In this document: positions 62,631 to 64,000 of the stretch, piece after piece
How the letters are laid out: each line of letters begins with the position of its first letter
Numbering within the stretch: the stretch's first letter is position 1
Source of the DNA: Camelus ferus
Lineage: Eukaryota
Assembly (NCBI RefSeq): GCF_009834535.1
Contig: NC_045696.1
Coordinates: 102,922,001-102,986,000 of the forward strand
Direction of reading: 5' to 3'
Length of the DNA: 64,000 nucleotides
The notes under the pieces: generated by a model
What the model was told of the DNA's origin: nothing
Databases searched by the model: none
Seen by the model: only the letters and a program-made list of their open reading frames with translations
Made by a program: the position numbers and the translations under genes

Positions 62631-64000
62631 CATTATTTTGAGGAACTTACATAATATAGTTATTTTACACAGAGTTGTGGTATATTAATCTGGAATTTAA
62701 TATCTGGGCGTTTTTTTAAGTGTATGAGACATTAACTACAATGTACTGCCTGATTTTGTATTTGGATGTCCAATTAACTGTGACTAATGTAATGATTATA
62801 AAAAGGTAATCCCTCTATACTTGGCCACCACCCCCTGCCAGGTAATCATCTCTCAAGCTGTATTTCCCCTCAACTGCTATCTCTTCTTGGCTCTTAAAAG
62901 AACAAGCATCACTGCCAGGTGAAGACGGTGATCAACTACAGCGTGAATGTCAACAGGAAGGATGTGTGCCATACAACAGCTCCCTCGATGCGATGTGCAG
63001 CTCAATGAAAAGGCTGTGTTTTGATTTGCAAAATGGCTATTTGCAACATCTGTTCCAAGTAAACAAATATTGTAAGCGACTTCTTGAACTTGGATTCTGG
63101 TTTCGGAAGCACTACTTTCTGTCTTGTTTCTACAGGTGATGAGACTGATCACAGTTCTCTCACTCTAAAACTTACCCCAAATTCCTGGGTCATAAACACC
63201 ACGGCTATTGCTCACCACCTCCCGAAAGCGTAGACTGTCTTTCCCAAATACTCTCTCAGTCCAAGGACCCTGGGTCCATCCGTTTGGATATTCTGCCCCT
63301 GACAAGCTAACCTCTCATGTCCTTTCCAGATGCCTCCTCGACTGCACTGTATGCAGATTCCCAGGTCTGCAGCCTTGCCCACCCTCATTCTGTGTAATCA
63401 ACCTTGAATTGGCCAGTCATCCCCTGTGTCTCTTCTCTTCCAGTGACACAGATGTCCTCCCATTGGCCATCAAGTTTCCCTCTTTCGATTAGGTCTCAGA
63501 GGGCTTTTGAACTACAGAACATCTCCAACTGGACCGTCCTGCTGCCAACTCAAATTAATCTTGGGGCTGGTAACTTTGAAAAGTTAGGGTTAATGAAAAG
63601 AGCTTGGGGCTAGTGGTGATAAAACTTGAGCAGAGCCTCTGGCTTCACCACTAACTAGTGTTATCTCAGTTCCTTCTCTACATAATGAGGGGGTGGTCTG
63701 GATAAACTGCTGCCTTACAGCCCTAAGGTCCAAAATGCTCATCCTCCCCATGTCAAGATACATTTGTTTGTTTATTTGTTCATGGCATAACTATTGAGTA
63801 TCAAATACTGCAAAGCTATGAGAGATTAAAGATCATTCCCCAAAAAGCTTGCCATCTAGAATGAGAAATGAGACAACCACATCGACAACTGTAAGAAACA
63901 AGAGATTCTGTCACAACTGGAGGTGTTTACAAAATAAAAAGAACAGTACATGACCAGCACGTCAAACCTGAAACGAAAAGAATTTTCAAAATGTCTTTCC

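Noticed and set aside
63120..63160. GTGATGA followed by CTGA, resembling C/D-box snoRNA boxes
   Set aside because: The boxes are only a few nucleotides apart, there is no terminal stem, and the motif is on the strand opposite the host gene.

Overview
Mammalian genomic DNA, most likely camelid (alpaca/llama/camel), inferred from ten tRNA-Ala-derived vic-1-type SINEs. The window holds the 5' part of PLS1 (plastin-1 / I-plastin / fimbrin) on the minus strand. Five GT-AG coding exons (13551-13620, 9352-9515, 7083-7212, 3136-3268, 1726-1807; 70+164+130+133+82 = 579 nt, 193 codons) splice in frame into MENSTTTISREELEELQEAFNKID...[10 protein letters not shown], covering both EF-hands and the start of actin-binding domain 1. 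The gene continues off the left end. Everything from 13657 to 64000 appears to be the long 5'-UTR intron or upstream region, filled with L1, L2, MIR, MaLR/ERV1 LTR and DNA-transposon relics. I find no convincing new biological system. The best leads are regulatory or evolutionary, and all need RNA or chromatin data: an ERV1-type LTR element with two HNF1 consensus sites and an internal PPT-like junction; candidate alternative 5' exons/promoters; a SINE with a near-intact tRNA-Ala(AGC) Pol III unit; and several nested or templated insertions. Repeat subfamily names are from memory of consensus sequences, not from a search.
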